Source of the DNA: a bacterium
GTDB taxonomy: Bacteria; Zhuqueibacterota; Zhuqueibacteria; Oceanimicrobiales; Oceanimicrobiaceae
Direction: 5' to 3'
DNA length: 64,000 nt
NCBI GenBank assembly: GCA_046757165.1
Contig: JBHHXT010000002.1
Coordinates: forward strand, 1-64,000
Shown: in pieces, positions 17,650 to 26,579 of the stretch
How positions within the stretch are numbered: the stretch's first letter is position 1
Layout: each line of letters begins with the position of its first letter
Made by a program: the position numbers and the translations under genes
Notes under the pieces: model-generated
Told to the model about the DNA's origin: nothing
Database searches by the model: none
The model's input: only the letters and a program-made list of their open reading frames with translations

Positions 17650-17927
17650 TGGATATTGAAGATTGGCGTCGCCGCATCGATGAAATCGACATGGAGCTTT
17701 TACATTTGCTCAACAAGCGGGCAGAATATTCCATTGCTATCGGCGATATCAAGCACGAAGAAAAACTTCCAATTTACTCTCCAGAGCGGGAGAGATGGAT
17801 CCTGGAACGAGTGCTGGAACAAAATCCAGGGCCATTAACTCGAGATGGGGTTCGGCGCATCTTTGAACGTATCATCGACGAATCCCGCAAGCTTGAAAAA
17901 GACGAATGTGCAAAAAAGGAGGAGTAA
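17646..17927 (+). CDS. stand-alone chorismate mutase (AroQ class, CM_2)
   Basis: WRRRIDEIDMELLHLLNKRA...IGDIK...PIYSPERE...IFERIIDESR. Confidence 0.92.
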   Translation: MMDIEDWRRRIDEIDMELLHLLNKRAEYSIAIGDIKHEEKLPIYSPERERWILERVLEQNPGPLTRDGVRRIFERIIDESRKLEKDECAKKEE

Positions 17928-17933
17928 GCAAAA

Positions 17934-18947
17934 ATGGTGGTCGTAATGGAAAAAGACGCGAGCGAAGATAACATTCAAAAGGTCATCGCTCGGCTGACGG
18001 AAATGAACTTCGATGTGCATCGCTCGACTGGCGTGAACCAGACGGTGCTGGGCGCGGTCGGAGACAAGCGTGGCTTGGACCCGCGTACGCTGGAAGTCAT
18101 GACAGATGTGTACAAAGTTGTGCCGATCACTGAGCCGTATAAATTGGCCAGCCGCACCTTCCAGCCGCGCGATACGAGAATCAAGGTCAAGGGTGTCACC
18201 ATCGGGGGGAAGAAGCTGGTGATGATGGCGGGCCCGTGCTCGGTAGAAGGCCGCGACCAGATTCTCGAGATTGCCGAGATCGTCCGGAAAGGAGGGGCCA
18301 GCGTATTGCGCGGCGGGGCATTCAAGCCACGCACCTCGCCATACAGCTTTCAGGGACTTGGCGAGAAGGGGCTGCAACACCTGGCGGAAGCCGGGCGTGA
18401 GACGGGCATGGTCACGGTCTCAGAAGTGATGGAAAGCGCCCATATCCCGCTGCTGCTGGAATATGTCGACATCCTGCAGGTCGGGGCACGCAATATGCAG
18501 AATTTTTCCTTGTTGCGAGACCTCGGCAAGATTCGCAAGCCTGTGTTGCTCAAGCGAGGCATGTCCGCAACCGTGGAGGAGTGGCTCATGGCGGCGGAAT
18601 ACATCATGGCCGGCGGTAATTACGATGTCATCCTGTGCGAGCGCGGCATCCGCACCTTCGAGAAGTATACTCGCAACACGCTCGACATTTCCGCGATTCC
18701 CGTGGTGAAGAAATTGAGCCACCTGCCCATCATCGCGGATCCGAGTCATGCCACGGGCCGGCGGGATAAGGTCACGCCGATGGCGCGGGCCGCGATTGCT
18801 GCCGGCACCGACGGCTTGCTGGTGGAAGTGCACCAGAATCCGGAGCAAGCGTTGTCGGACGGGGCCCAGTCCCTCTACCCGCAGCAGTTTGAGCAGCTCA
18901 TGCAGGAATTACTCATCATTGCCAGGGCCGTGGGCAAGTCGTGGTGA
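17934..18947 (+). CDS. aroF: DAHP synthase (class I-beta, N-terminal regulatory ferredoxin/ACT-like domain)
   Basis: AGPCSVE, GGAFKPRTSPYSFQG, QVGARNMQNF, LCERGIRTFE and DPSHATG. Confidence 0.96.
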   Translation: MVVVMEKDASEDNIQKVIARLTEMNFDVHRSTGVNQTVLGAVGDKRGLDPRTLEVMTDVYKVVPITEPYKLASRTFQPRDTRIKVKGVTIGGKKLVMMAGPCSVEGRDQILEIAEIVRKGGASVLRGGAFKPRTSPYSFQGLGEKGLQHLAEAGRETGMVTVSEVMESAHIPLLLEYVDILQVGARNMQNFSLLRDLGKIRKPVLLKRGMSATVEEWLMAAEYIMAGGNYDVILCERGIRTFEKYTRNTLDISAIPVVKKLSHLPIIADPSHATGRRDKVTPMARAAIAAGTDGLLVEVHQNPEQALSDGAQSLYPQQFEQLMQELLIIARAVGKSW

Positions 18948-19107
18948 TTTGTTGTTGAGTTTTTGCCACTTCATGCTTATTATTGACTCGAGTTTCACAG
19001 CTACCGGGTGTTTTTACTGAGTTCTTTTTGAGCTGAAGGCACGTAAGATTATGAAATGGTAGACCTATAACGTAGGAGTAGATTCTTCTATCATTTAAAC
19101 ATGGAAT

Positions 19108-20145
19108 GTGCTAAATTCACAACCGGCAAAAGAGAACAGTTTCACAATGATTGACCTAAAATACTATTTCCGGTCAAATGTAGTTGAATCCCTACGACGT
19201 CGTTTTTTGGACGTGAACGGCTTTGACAATGCAAACAAGCTTGCGGCCGATATTTGTGGTATTAGAGACTTTTTCCATCAAGAAGAATACTACTCGACTT
19301 TCCTCGAACTTCTTGGTTATCAATCACTTTCTATCCCAGACGAAAACAGGCGCGAATATGGAGACTTTCAAACACCAGATGTTCTAACAAATGCAGTATG
19401 TTCCTATTTGAAATCACACATCAATCCAAAAGTGCTTGTCGAACCAACGTTTGGCAAAGGTTCTTTCCTCACTTCTGCTTTAAGACAGTTCAGTCAATTG
19501 GAATCTGTTCTTGGCGTCGAAATTCACGAACGGTATGTATGGCATTCCAAATTCAAGATTCTGGAATTCTTTATTGAGAATCCAAACACCAACAAACCCT
19601 CAATTTATTTACACCACGCAGATGTCTTTGATGTTGATTGGACGATGGTGCATCAAAGTTCTGATGAAGAAATCCTGGTCATGGGAAACCCTCCCTGGGT
19701 TTCGTCCTGACGATGCTAAGAGAGTTCAGCCACTTGCACGGAAACATGGCGATGCTCTTGAAAAAATCTGTGACAAAAAACCTGGTATATGACCTTAGAA
19801 AAACCAAACACAAGATATCCGAATTAAGATCATTCAGCTTTGACGCAAAACAATATTTTGGCGCGTCTGTTGAAGCGGCACTTTTTACGTGTAGTTTTAA
19901 TCGCCCAAATTCAGAGTACATTTGTTCGGTCTATGATTTCTCACAACCTACAGTTATTGAAAAGACCTTTGGCTGGATGCACGATAAGTTTATTTCTGAC
20001 ATAGAGCTTTATCGAATTGACTCTGAATTTGATGAAAAATCTAACAAATCGGCTGCACGCGAACTTCGACTACAGTGATTGGGAAGAATTCTTGTCTACG
20101 ATGAAAAGTAAGACACGTCATCGAGCCCAACTTGCTTTATTCTAA
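19108..20145 (+). pseudogene. fragmented N6-adenine-type DNA methyltransferase in an AT-rich insert
   Basis: YGDFQTP, VEPTFGKGSF (motif I) and GNPPWV (motif IV), then a stop at 19710. Second fragment 19713-20078. A third-frame tail 20041-20145 ends QLALF. Confidence 0.75.
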
Positions 20146-20258
20146 GCGCGCTTGGTCTACCGTTGCCTCAATCTGAAGCAAGTTCCGTGCTTTCACAACG
20201 TCCTGTGCTCTTTCACTTTCGCGCAGGTAATGCTATCGATATTTGGAATCGGTTCAAG

Positions 20259-21356
20259 GTGAGGTTCAAGAAAATTGCAATTGTCGGGTTGGGCCTGATC
20301 GGCGGGTCTCTTGCCGCTGCGTTCAAACGCAAAGGGCTGGCCGTGTCCATCGTGGGCATCGACACCGAGCCGGTCCTGGCCAAAGGTCTGCGACAGGGCC
20401 TTATCGATGAAGCGTATGTGCTCGAGGAGATGGCGCCTGGCGTGGCGGCAGCAGATCTGATCATTCTGGCTGCGCCCATCACCGGAATTGTCGAGACCAT
20501 CGGCAGGGTTCGAGAGTGGGTTCCGCCCGGTGTCCTGATCACCGATGTCGGCAGCACCAAGGTGCAAATCGTTCAGGCCGCGCAGAAGCTTCTGCCAGCC
20601 GGCGTCTATTTTCTTGGCGGCCACCCGATGGCTGGTGCCGAGCGCGGGGGCGTGGAAAACGCGGATGGGTTTCTGTTTGAAAATGCGATCTATGTTTTGA
20701 CCGAGGCGCAGCCGCTGCCACGGGCGCTCAAAGAGCGCTTCATCGAGCTGGTTGAACGCATCGGGGCAAAGTCTGTTTTTTTGACCGCAAAGGCGCACGA
20801 CGAAATCGCCGCGGTTGTGAGTCACCTGCCGCAGCTTCTGGCCGTCACTTTGATGAACTTTGCTGCCGGGCACAATCAGGAGAATTCAGCCTATTTGAAA
20901 TTGGCCGCCGGTGGCTTTCGCGACATGACGCGTGTAGCTTCCAGCCCCTTCGATATCTGGAGGGATATTCTGGCAAGCAATCGTGAAAATGTGCTGGCGA
21001 CCATTGACCGGTTCCTCGTGGCCTTGCGCGAGATGCGGGATTCGCTCGCTGAGCAGCGGCTGGAGCCGGTGTTTGTTGAGGCCGCTCGCAACCGGCTCGC
21101 GATTCCGAAAGACACGCGCGGCTTTGTGCGGCCGCATTTCGATCTCTACGTGATCGTCGAAGATAAACCCGGCGTGATCGCCGCGATTGCCAACGCCCTG
21201 GGGCCGGAGGGGATCAACATCAAGGATATTGAAGTCGTCAAAGTCCGCGAAGGCGAAGGCGGAACCATCCGCCTCGCGTTTGAGACAGAGCGAGAGCGAA
21301 CGAACGCCATGGCGCTCTTGCACAAGATTGGTTTCTACACGCAGCGAAGGAGTTGA
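20259..21356 (+). CDS. tyrA: prephenate dehydrogenase with C-terminal ACT domain
   Basis: IVGLGLIGGS, TDVGSTK, GGHPMAG, HDEIAAVVSHLPQ, GGFRDMTRVASS and EDKPGVIA. GTG 20259 is the likely start. Confidence 0.94.
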   Translation: MRFKKIAIVGLGLIGGSLAAAFKRKGLAVSIVGIDTEPVLAKGLRQGLIDEAYVLEEMAPGVAAADLIILAAPITGIVETIGRVREWVPPGVLITDVGSTKVQIVQAAQKLLPAGVYFLGGHPMAGAERGGVENADGFLFENAIYVLTEAQPLPRALKERFIELVERIGAKSVFLTAKAHDEIAAVVSHLPQLLAVTLMNFAAGHNQENSAYLKLAAGGFRDMTRVASSPFDIWRDILASNRENVLATIDRFLVALREMRDSLAEQRLEPVFVEAARNRLAIPKDTRGFVRPHFDLYVIVEDKPGVIAAIANALGPEGINIKDIEVVKVREGEGGTIRLAFETERERTNAMALLHKIGFYTQRRS

Positions 21357-21366
21357 GGCAAGCAAA

Positions 21367-22668
21367 ATGATAAAAATCGTGGCTCCGGCCGACCGAATTT
21401 CCGGCGCTATCGACCTGCCCGGCGACAAGTCCATCTCGCACCGGGCGCTGATGATTTCAGCAATCGCGGAGGGCGAGAGCCATATCGAGAATCTGAGCAG
21501 CGGGCTGGATGTGCAGAGCACGCTGCGTTGTTTGCTGAATCTCGGTGTCGAGATCGAGCGCCACGGCCAGCATACGATTGTGCACGGGCGCGGCTTGACG
21601 GGCCTCACGGCTCCGGAAAGAACCCTGGACGTCGGCAACTCTGGCACGACCCTGCGGCTTTTGTCCGGCGTGGTGGCCGGACAGCCTTTTCTCAGCCGGC
21701 TCAGCGGCGATGAGTCCATTCGATCTCGACCCATGTCGCGCATCGTGATTCCGCTGCGGCAGATGGGAGCCGAGGTCTCTGCGTTGAAGGATGAATTTGC
21801 TCCGCTCACCATCAAAGGCGGGAATTTGCGGCCCATCAACTATGTCATGCCGGTGGCCAGTGCTCAGGTCAAGTCGTGTGTCCTGCTGGCTGGCCTGTTC
21901 GCCGACGGCAGGACGACCCTGCAGGAGCCGGCCCTGACGCGCGACCACACCGAGCTCATGCTGGTCAAATACGGCGCCTCGGTGCAAAAAGAAGGTAGCA
22001 GCATCTCGGTCAGCGGCCCGGCGGTTTTGCAGGGACAAGCCGTTTTCGTTCCCGGCGATTTGTCTGCGGCTGCCTATTTTATCGCAGCGGCCATCCTGGT
22101 CAAGGATTCAGATATCTTGATCAAGAACGTCGGCATCAACCCCACACGCCAGGCTTTTTTGTCTCTATTGTGCGACTTGGGGGCGAATCTCGATCTCATC
22201 AACGTGCGGACGGTCGGCAGTGAGCTGATGGCCGACCTCTACGTCCGAAGCTCAGCGCTCAGGGCGGTGAGCGTCTCCGGCGCGATCATCCCGCAGATCA
22301 TCGATGAAATCCCGATTCTTGCCGTTCTGGCGACGCAGGCGGAGGGACGGACGACCATCGATGACGCCCTGGAGTTGCGCTTCAAAGAATCTGACCGGCT
22401 GCGCAGCATCGCTTTCAATTTGGAACGGATGGGGGGCAAGGTCACGGAGAAAAAAGATGGCCTTACTATCGATGGTCCGGTTGCGCTCAAACCCGCTGAA
22501 ATCGAGTGCTTCGGGGACCACCGCATCGCCATGTCTTTGGCTGTGGCGGCCCTGGTCGCAGGCGGCGCATGTAAACTCAGCGGCGCAGAATGCGTGGATG
22601 TCAGCAATCCGGGATTCTTTCAGACGCTTGAAGAGCTGACCTCCACTTCGAGCCGTGAAGTACGATGA
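21367..22668 (+). CDS. aroA: EPSP synthase
   Basis: PGDKSISHRAL, GNSGTT, ASAQVKS, RDHTE, KESDR and DHRIAM. ATG 21367. Confidence 0.97.
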   Translation: MIKIVAPADRISGAIDLPGDKSISHRALMISAIAEGESHIENLSSGLDVQSTLRCLLNLGVEIERHGQHTIVHGRGLTGLTAPERTLDVGNSGTTLRLLSGVVAGQPFLSRLSGDESIRSRPMSRIVIPLRQMGAEVSALKDEFAPLTIKGGNLRPINYVMPVASAQVKSCVLLAGLFADGRTTLQEPALTRDHTELMLVKYGASVQKEGSSISVSGPAVLQGQAVFVPGDLSAAAYFIAAAILVKDSDILIKNVGINPTRQAFLSLLCDLGANLDLINVRTVGSELMADLYVRSSALRAVSVSGAIIPQIIDEIPILAVLATQAEGRTTIDDALELRFKESDRLRSIAFNLERMGGKVTEKKDGLTIDGPVALKPAEIECFGDHRIAMSLAVAALVAGGACKLSGAECVDVSNPGFFQTLEELTSTSSREVR

Positions 22669-23525
22669 TTAGGCTTGCGGTTGTTGGAAACCCACTCTCT
22701 CATTCTTTGTCTCCGGTGCTGCACCAGCATCTTCTGGAGCAAATCGGCCTGGAGGGGAAGTATGAAAAACGGCAGGTAGAAGCGAACGCCCTGTTGCCGA
22801 CCCTGCAGGAGATGAAGCACGAGGGGTACCTGGGCTTTAACGTGACCATCCCGTTCAAGCAAAGTATCCTGGTTCATCTTGACCAGGTCGAGGATGCGGC
22901 CAGACGGATCAACGCGGTCAACACGGTGCGGATTGCCGGGAAGATGTGCTCGGGAATCAACACGGATGCCAGCGGCTTTGTGCGAGCGTTGGAGTACCGG
23001 GGCGTAGAAATCGAGCAGGCGTCGGCTGTGGTTCTCGGGGCTGGCGGTGCGGCGCGCGCGGTCGTCTTTAGCCTGATACACAATGGGATTGCCGAGCTGA
23101 CGCTGCTCAGTCGCACACTCAGCACCGCCAGCGCCCTGGTTCACGAGGTGCAGCAGCGTTTGGAATTTGACGCCATTCAGGTAAAGGCGTGGGCCGACGC
23201 CGAAATAAGCCGGCAGGCACGGTCCAGCCAGATCCTCATCAACACGACTCCGGTTGGCATGTGGCCCCATGTTGACAGCTCTCCCTTTGCCTTTGACTTT
23301 GATGCACGGGGGTTGACGGTTGTGGATCTGGTTTACAATCCACTGACGACTCGCTTCCTGCAAGCTGCCCGGGCCGCAGGCGCCAGGACGGTGGACGGAC
23401 TTGACATGTTTATTTTTCAGGGTGTCGAGGCGTTGCAATTCTGGCTGCAAGAAATTTTGGATTTTGATTATCGTGAGTTGCGCACTTTTTTGATCGAAAA
23501 ATTGGCGGCCTATGGCAAGCGTTAG
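22665..23525 (+). CDS. aroE: shikimate dehydrogenase
   Basis: HSLSP, NVTIPFK, AVNT, NTD, LGAGGAARA and DLVYNP. Confidence 0.96.
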   Translation: MIRLAVVGNPLSHSLSPVLHQHLLEQIGLEGKYEKRQVEANALLPTLQEMKHEGYLGFNVTIPFKQSILVHLDQVEDAARRINAVNTVRIAGKMCSGINTDASGFVRALEYRGVEIEQASAVVLGAGGAARAVVFSLIHNGIAELTLLSRTLSTASALVHEVQQRLEFDAIQVKAWADAEISRQARSSQILINTTPVGMWPHVDSSPFAFDFDARGLTVVDLVYNPLTTRFLQAARAAGARTVDGLDMFIFQGVEALQFWLQEILDFDYRELRTFLIEKLAAYGKR

Positions 23526-24705
23526 ATTTCTGACAAGCGGTGAATCGCACGGGCAGGCGTTGCTTGCGATTGTCGAAGGCATTCCTGCTGGTTTGCCCCT
23601 GAGCGAGGAGGACATTTTCACAGATCTTCATCGCCGGCAGATGGGGCACGGCCGTGGCGGGCGTATGAAAATAGAGCAAGACCGGGCCAGGATTCTCTCG
23701 GGTGTGCGTTTTGGCAAGACGCTCGGAAGTCCTGTCGCCATGCTCATCGAGAACAAAGACTGGCAGAATTGGCAGACCAAGATGTCGGTCGAGGAAATCG
23801 ACGAGGGCGTGAAGCCTGTTGTCGTGCCGCGGCCTGGCCATGCAGACTACGCTGGCGCGGTGAAATATGGTCACCAGGACATTCGCAACGTTTTGGAGCG
23901 TGCAAGTGCACGCGAGACAGCCATGCGCGTGGCGGCAGGCGCGGTCGCAAAAAAGCTTTTGCAGGCGTTCGCCATCCAAATCGTCAGCCATGTTGTACAA
24001 ATCTACTCGGCCCGCCACCCCTTTTCGGTGGCAAGTCTGGGGCGGGAGGTTGATTTGGCGTTTGAACTCGAACAAATCAGCGAGCTGGCCGACCAGTCGA
24101 GTGTGCGCTGTCTGGACGAGAGCGTGGCGCGCGAGATGGTGGCACAAATCGAGACGGCGAAACAAAATCGCGATACCGTTGGGGGCGTATTCGAGGTTGT
24201 GGCCTTGAACCTTCCCGTCGGTCTGGGAAGCCATACGCAGTGGGACCGCAAACTGGACGCGCGCATCGCCGGAGCGATGATGAGTATCCCGGCGATGAAG
24301 GGCGTGGAGATCGGCCTCGGCTTTGAGGCGGCTGCCAGATGGGGTGCTGAGGTACACGACCCGATCTACTACGACGCCACCAGCGCCGCGTACTATCGCT
24401 CCCGCAACCATGCCGGCGGGCTGGAAGGCGGCATCACAAACGGCATGCCCCTGGTCGTGCGGGTTGCGATGAAGCCGATCTCCACCCTGATGAAGCCGCT
24501 GGACTCGGTCAACATGCAAACGAAAAAGAAGACCGCCGCCCACATCGAGCGCAGCGATATCTGTGCAGTGCCCGCCGCCTCGGTCATCGGTGAGTCCATT
24601 CTTGCCCTCGTGCTGGCGGATGCGTTTCTGGAAAAATTTGGCGGAGATTCCCTGGCGGAGATCTCTGAGCGATATGAATCCTGGCAGCAAGCCGCAGGCA
24701 AATAA
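23512..24705 (+). CDS. aroC: chorismate synthase
   Basis: TSGESHG, PRPGHAD, ERASARETA, NHAGGLEGGITNG and ERSD. Confidence 0.97.
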   Translation: MASVRFLTSGESHGQALLAIVEGIPAGLPLSEEDIFTDLHRRQMGHGRGGRMKIEQDRARILSGVRFGKTLGSPVAMLIENKDWQNWQTKMSVEEIDEGVKPVVVPRPGHADYAGAVKYGHQDIRNVLERASARETAMRVAAGAVAKKLLQAFAIQIVSHVVQIYSARHPFSVASLGREVDLAFELEQISELADQSSVRCLDESVAREMVAQIETAKQNRDTVGGVFEVVALNLPVGLGSHTQWDRKLDARIAGAMMSIPAMKGVEIGLGFEAAARWGAEVHDPIYYDATSAAYYRSRNHAGGLEGGITNGMPLVVRVAMKPISTLMKPLDSVNMQTKKKTAAHIERSDICAVPAASVIGESILALVLADAFLEKFGGDSLAEISERYESWQQAAGK

Positions 24706-25219
24706 AGGCAACATTTATCTGGTCGGCTTCATGGGAGCCGGCAAAACCACCGTTGGCAGGTTGCTGGCGCGAAAGCTCGACCGCCCGTTTTTCGATCTGG
24801 ACGCACTGATCGAAGCCTCCGCAAAGCTGTCTATTCGCGATATATTTAGAACCAAAGGGGAGTCACACTTCAGAGCGCTCGAGTCGCAAATCCTGGTTGA
24901 GGTCGCAGAAAGCGAACAGGCCGTAGTGGCCACCGGTGGGGGCGTGGTGATGTCGCGGGGCAATCGGCACGTCATGCAAACGACCGGATTCACGGTGTAT
25001 CTCAACTGGCCGTGCGCCGTGCTGATTGCGAGAATCATGAATGATTCCCGCCGACCGCTGGTTGTGAACATGGCCAAATCGACGCGCGCAAGCCAGCTCG
25101 AGGAGTTGTTGGGACAAAGAAAACCCTACTATGAGATGTCCGCTTGCCGGATTGACTGTCGACCCGGGATGAGTGCCGGGGACATCGTCAATCGCATCTT
25201 AGCGGTTGTGTTGGCATAA
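24674..25219 (+). CDS. aroK: shikimate kinase
   Basis: GFMGAGKTT P-loop, FRALE, ATGGG and RPL. ATG 24674 is the likely start. Confidence 0.94.
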   Translation: MNPGSKPQANKGNIYLVGFMGAGKTTVGRLLARKLDRPFFDLDALIEASAKLSIRDIFRTKGESHFRALESQILVEVAESEQAVVATGGGVVMSRGNRHVMQTTGFTVYLNWPCAVLIARIMNDSRRPLVVNMAKSTRASQLEELLGQRKPYYEMSACRIDCRPGMSAGDIVNRILAVVLA

Positions 25220-25226
25220 CTGTGAC

Positions 25227-25276
25227 TTCAAAGACGGTCAGACCTGATCCAACACGGTCTGCGACCGTGTTTTGAA
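25227..25276. repeat. imperfect hairpin after aroK (REP-like or terminator-like)
   Basis: TTCAAAGACGGTCAGACC ... GGTCTGCGACCGTGTTTTGAA. Confidence 0.5.
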
Positions 25277-25501
25277 AACACATGGGCCAAACTCGGAAAG
25301 AGCCATGTCTTATCGCGAGGGTCACGAAGACAGGAACGAGTTCTTCGAAATGACGTTTTGTGTGCTATCGTAATCTCTTTAAGTTCAACTGCTTGAACCA
25401 ATGAAACAAACAACAGGTATCTGGCTTTCTCTTCGCGTTCTTTGCGACTTCGCGGTGAATGAATTATTCAGGTTAGCCAAAACAGCAACGCGCGATCGCT
25501 T

Positions 25502-26362
25502 ATGAAGAAAATTATCGTTTTGCATGGCCCCAATTTGAATCTCCTCGGGGAACGCGAGCCCGAAATCTACGGTCAGATGACCCTGGACGAGGTCAATTCT
25601 GAAATCAAAACAGTTGCCCACGACCTGGGCCTGGAAGTGAAATGTTTTCAATCAAACTCGGAAGGCGCCCTGATTGATTTTCTGCATGACCATCGCCGCT
25701 GGGCAGATGGCGCCGTGATCAATCCAGGCGCCCTGACGCACTACAGTTATGCCCTGCGCGACGCCATCGCCTCGGTCAATATGCCAACGGTTGAGGTGCA
25801 TCTTTCCAACATTCATGAGCGGGAAGCGTTTAGAAAACATTCGGTCGTGCGTGATGTCTGTGTGGAGCAGATCGTGGGATTGGGCCCTCGAGGCTATCTG
25901 CGCGCGTTGGAGCACCTCGTCGGCCGTTTCGTTTTGTCACAGTTAGACGAGATTTGTGCAAACGCCTCTGATCGCGATGCGGCGCTCCGGCAAGCAGTGC
26001 AGCTCCTCAAGGCAAGCGTTCCCAAGTACACCTGGGTTGGCATCTATCTCGTGGAAGGAGATGAGCTGGTCTTGCACAACTATATCGGCCGGCCGACCCC
26101 GCACGAAAGAATTCCGGTTGGCAAAGGGATTTGTGGTGCCGCCGTTGCCCAACAAGCCTCGGTTATCGTAGCCGACGTGAGCGCCGACCAGCGCTATTTA
26201 GCGTGCAGCCTCGAAACGCAATCTGAAATTGTGGTCCCGGTCTTTGCCGGGGAGCGTGTGGTAGCGGAAATAGACATCGATAGTGACTTCAAAGATAGTT
26301 TCAGCGACAGCGACAAAGAGCTGATCGAGGGCTGCGCAGACATTTTGGGGCGGTTATTCTGA
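25502..26362 (+). CDS. aroQ: type II 3-dehydroquinate dehydratase fused to an fRMsr/MsrC-type GAF domain
   Basis: HGPNLNLLGEREPEIYG, INPGALTHYS and EVHLSNIHERE; then WVGIY, GKGICG, YLACSLETQSEIVVP and EIDIDS. Confidence 0.92.
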   Translation: MKKIIVLHGPNLNLLGEREPEIYGQMTLDEVNSEIKTVAHDLGLEVKCFQSNSEGALIDFLHDHRRWADGAVINPGALTHYSYALRDAIASVNMPTVEVHLSNIHEREAFRKHSVVRDVCVEQIVGLGPRGYLRALEHLVGRFVLSQLDEICANASDRDAALRQAVQLLKASVPKYTWVGIYLVEGDELVLHNYIGRPTPHERIPVGKGICGAAVAQQASVIVADVSADQRYLACSLETQSEIVVPVFAGERVVAEIDIDSDFKDSFSDSDKELIEGCADILGRLF

Positions 26363-26397
26363 GCGTTTCGGTCTGACAGAATTACGCACCGGGCGCT

Positions 26398-26503
26398 CCT
26401 GTGTCAGAAGAATTGCCTTGTTGCGTCATCCACCATCTACGACCTGCAAGCACGACCTCCATAAGTTCCATAAAATCAAGACGAAGGTTTCTTCTGACAC
26501 AGG
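26398..26503. mobile_element. 106-bp MITE-like element
   Basis: Perfect 15-bp terminal inverted repeats CCTGTGTCAGAAGAA 26398-26412 / TTCTTCTGACACAGG 26489-26503. Confidence 0.6.
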
Positions 26504-26579
26504 TGGAATAAAAGTTGCTTTTGTCCCCATAAGTTTTTATTTTTTGACGAAATGACAGAACATAAAAAGGCCTGAGACC

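Noticed and set aside
20039..20065. ATCTAACAAATCGGCTGCAC resembling the left half of an attC site
   Set aside because: No complementary right half or GTTRRRY follows, and the same bases read as the in-frame C-terminal tail of the methyltransferase relic.
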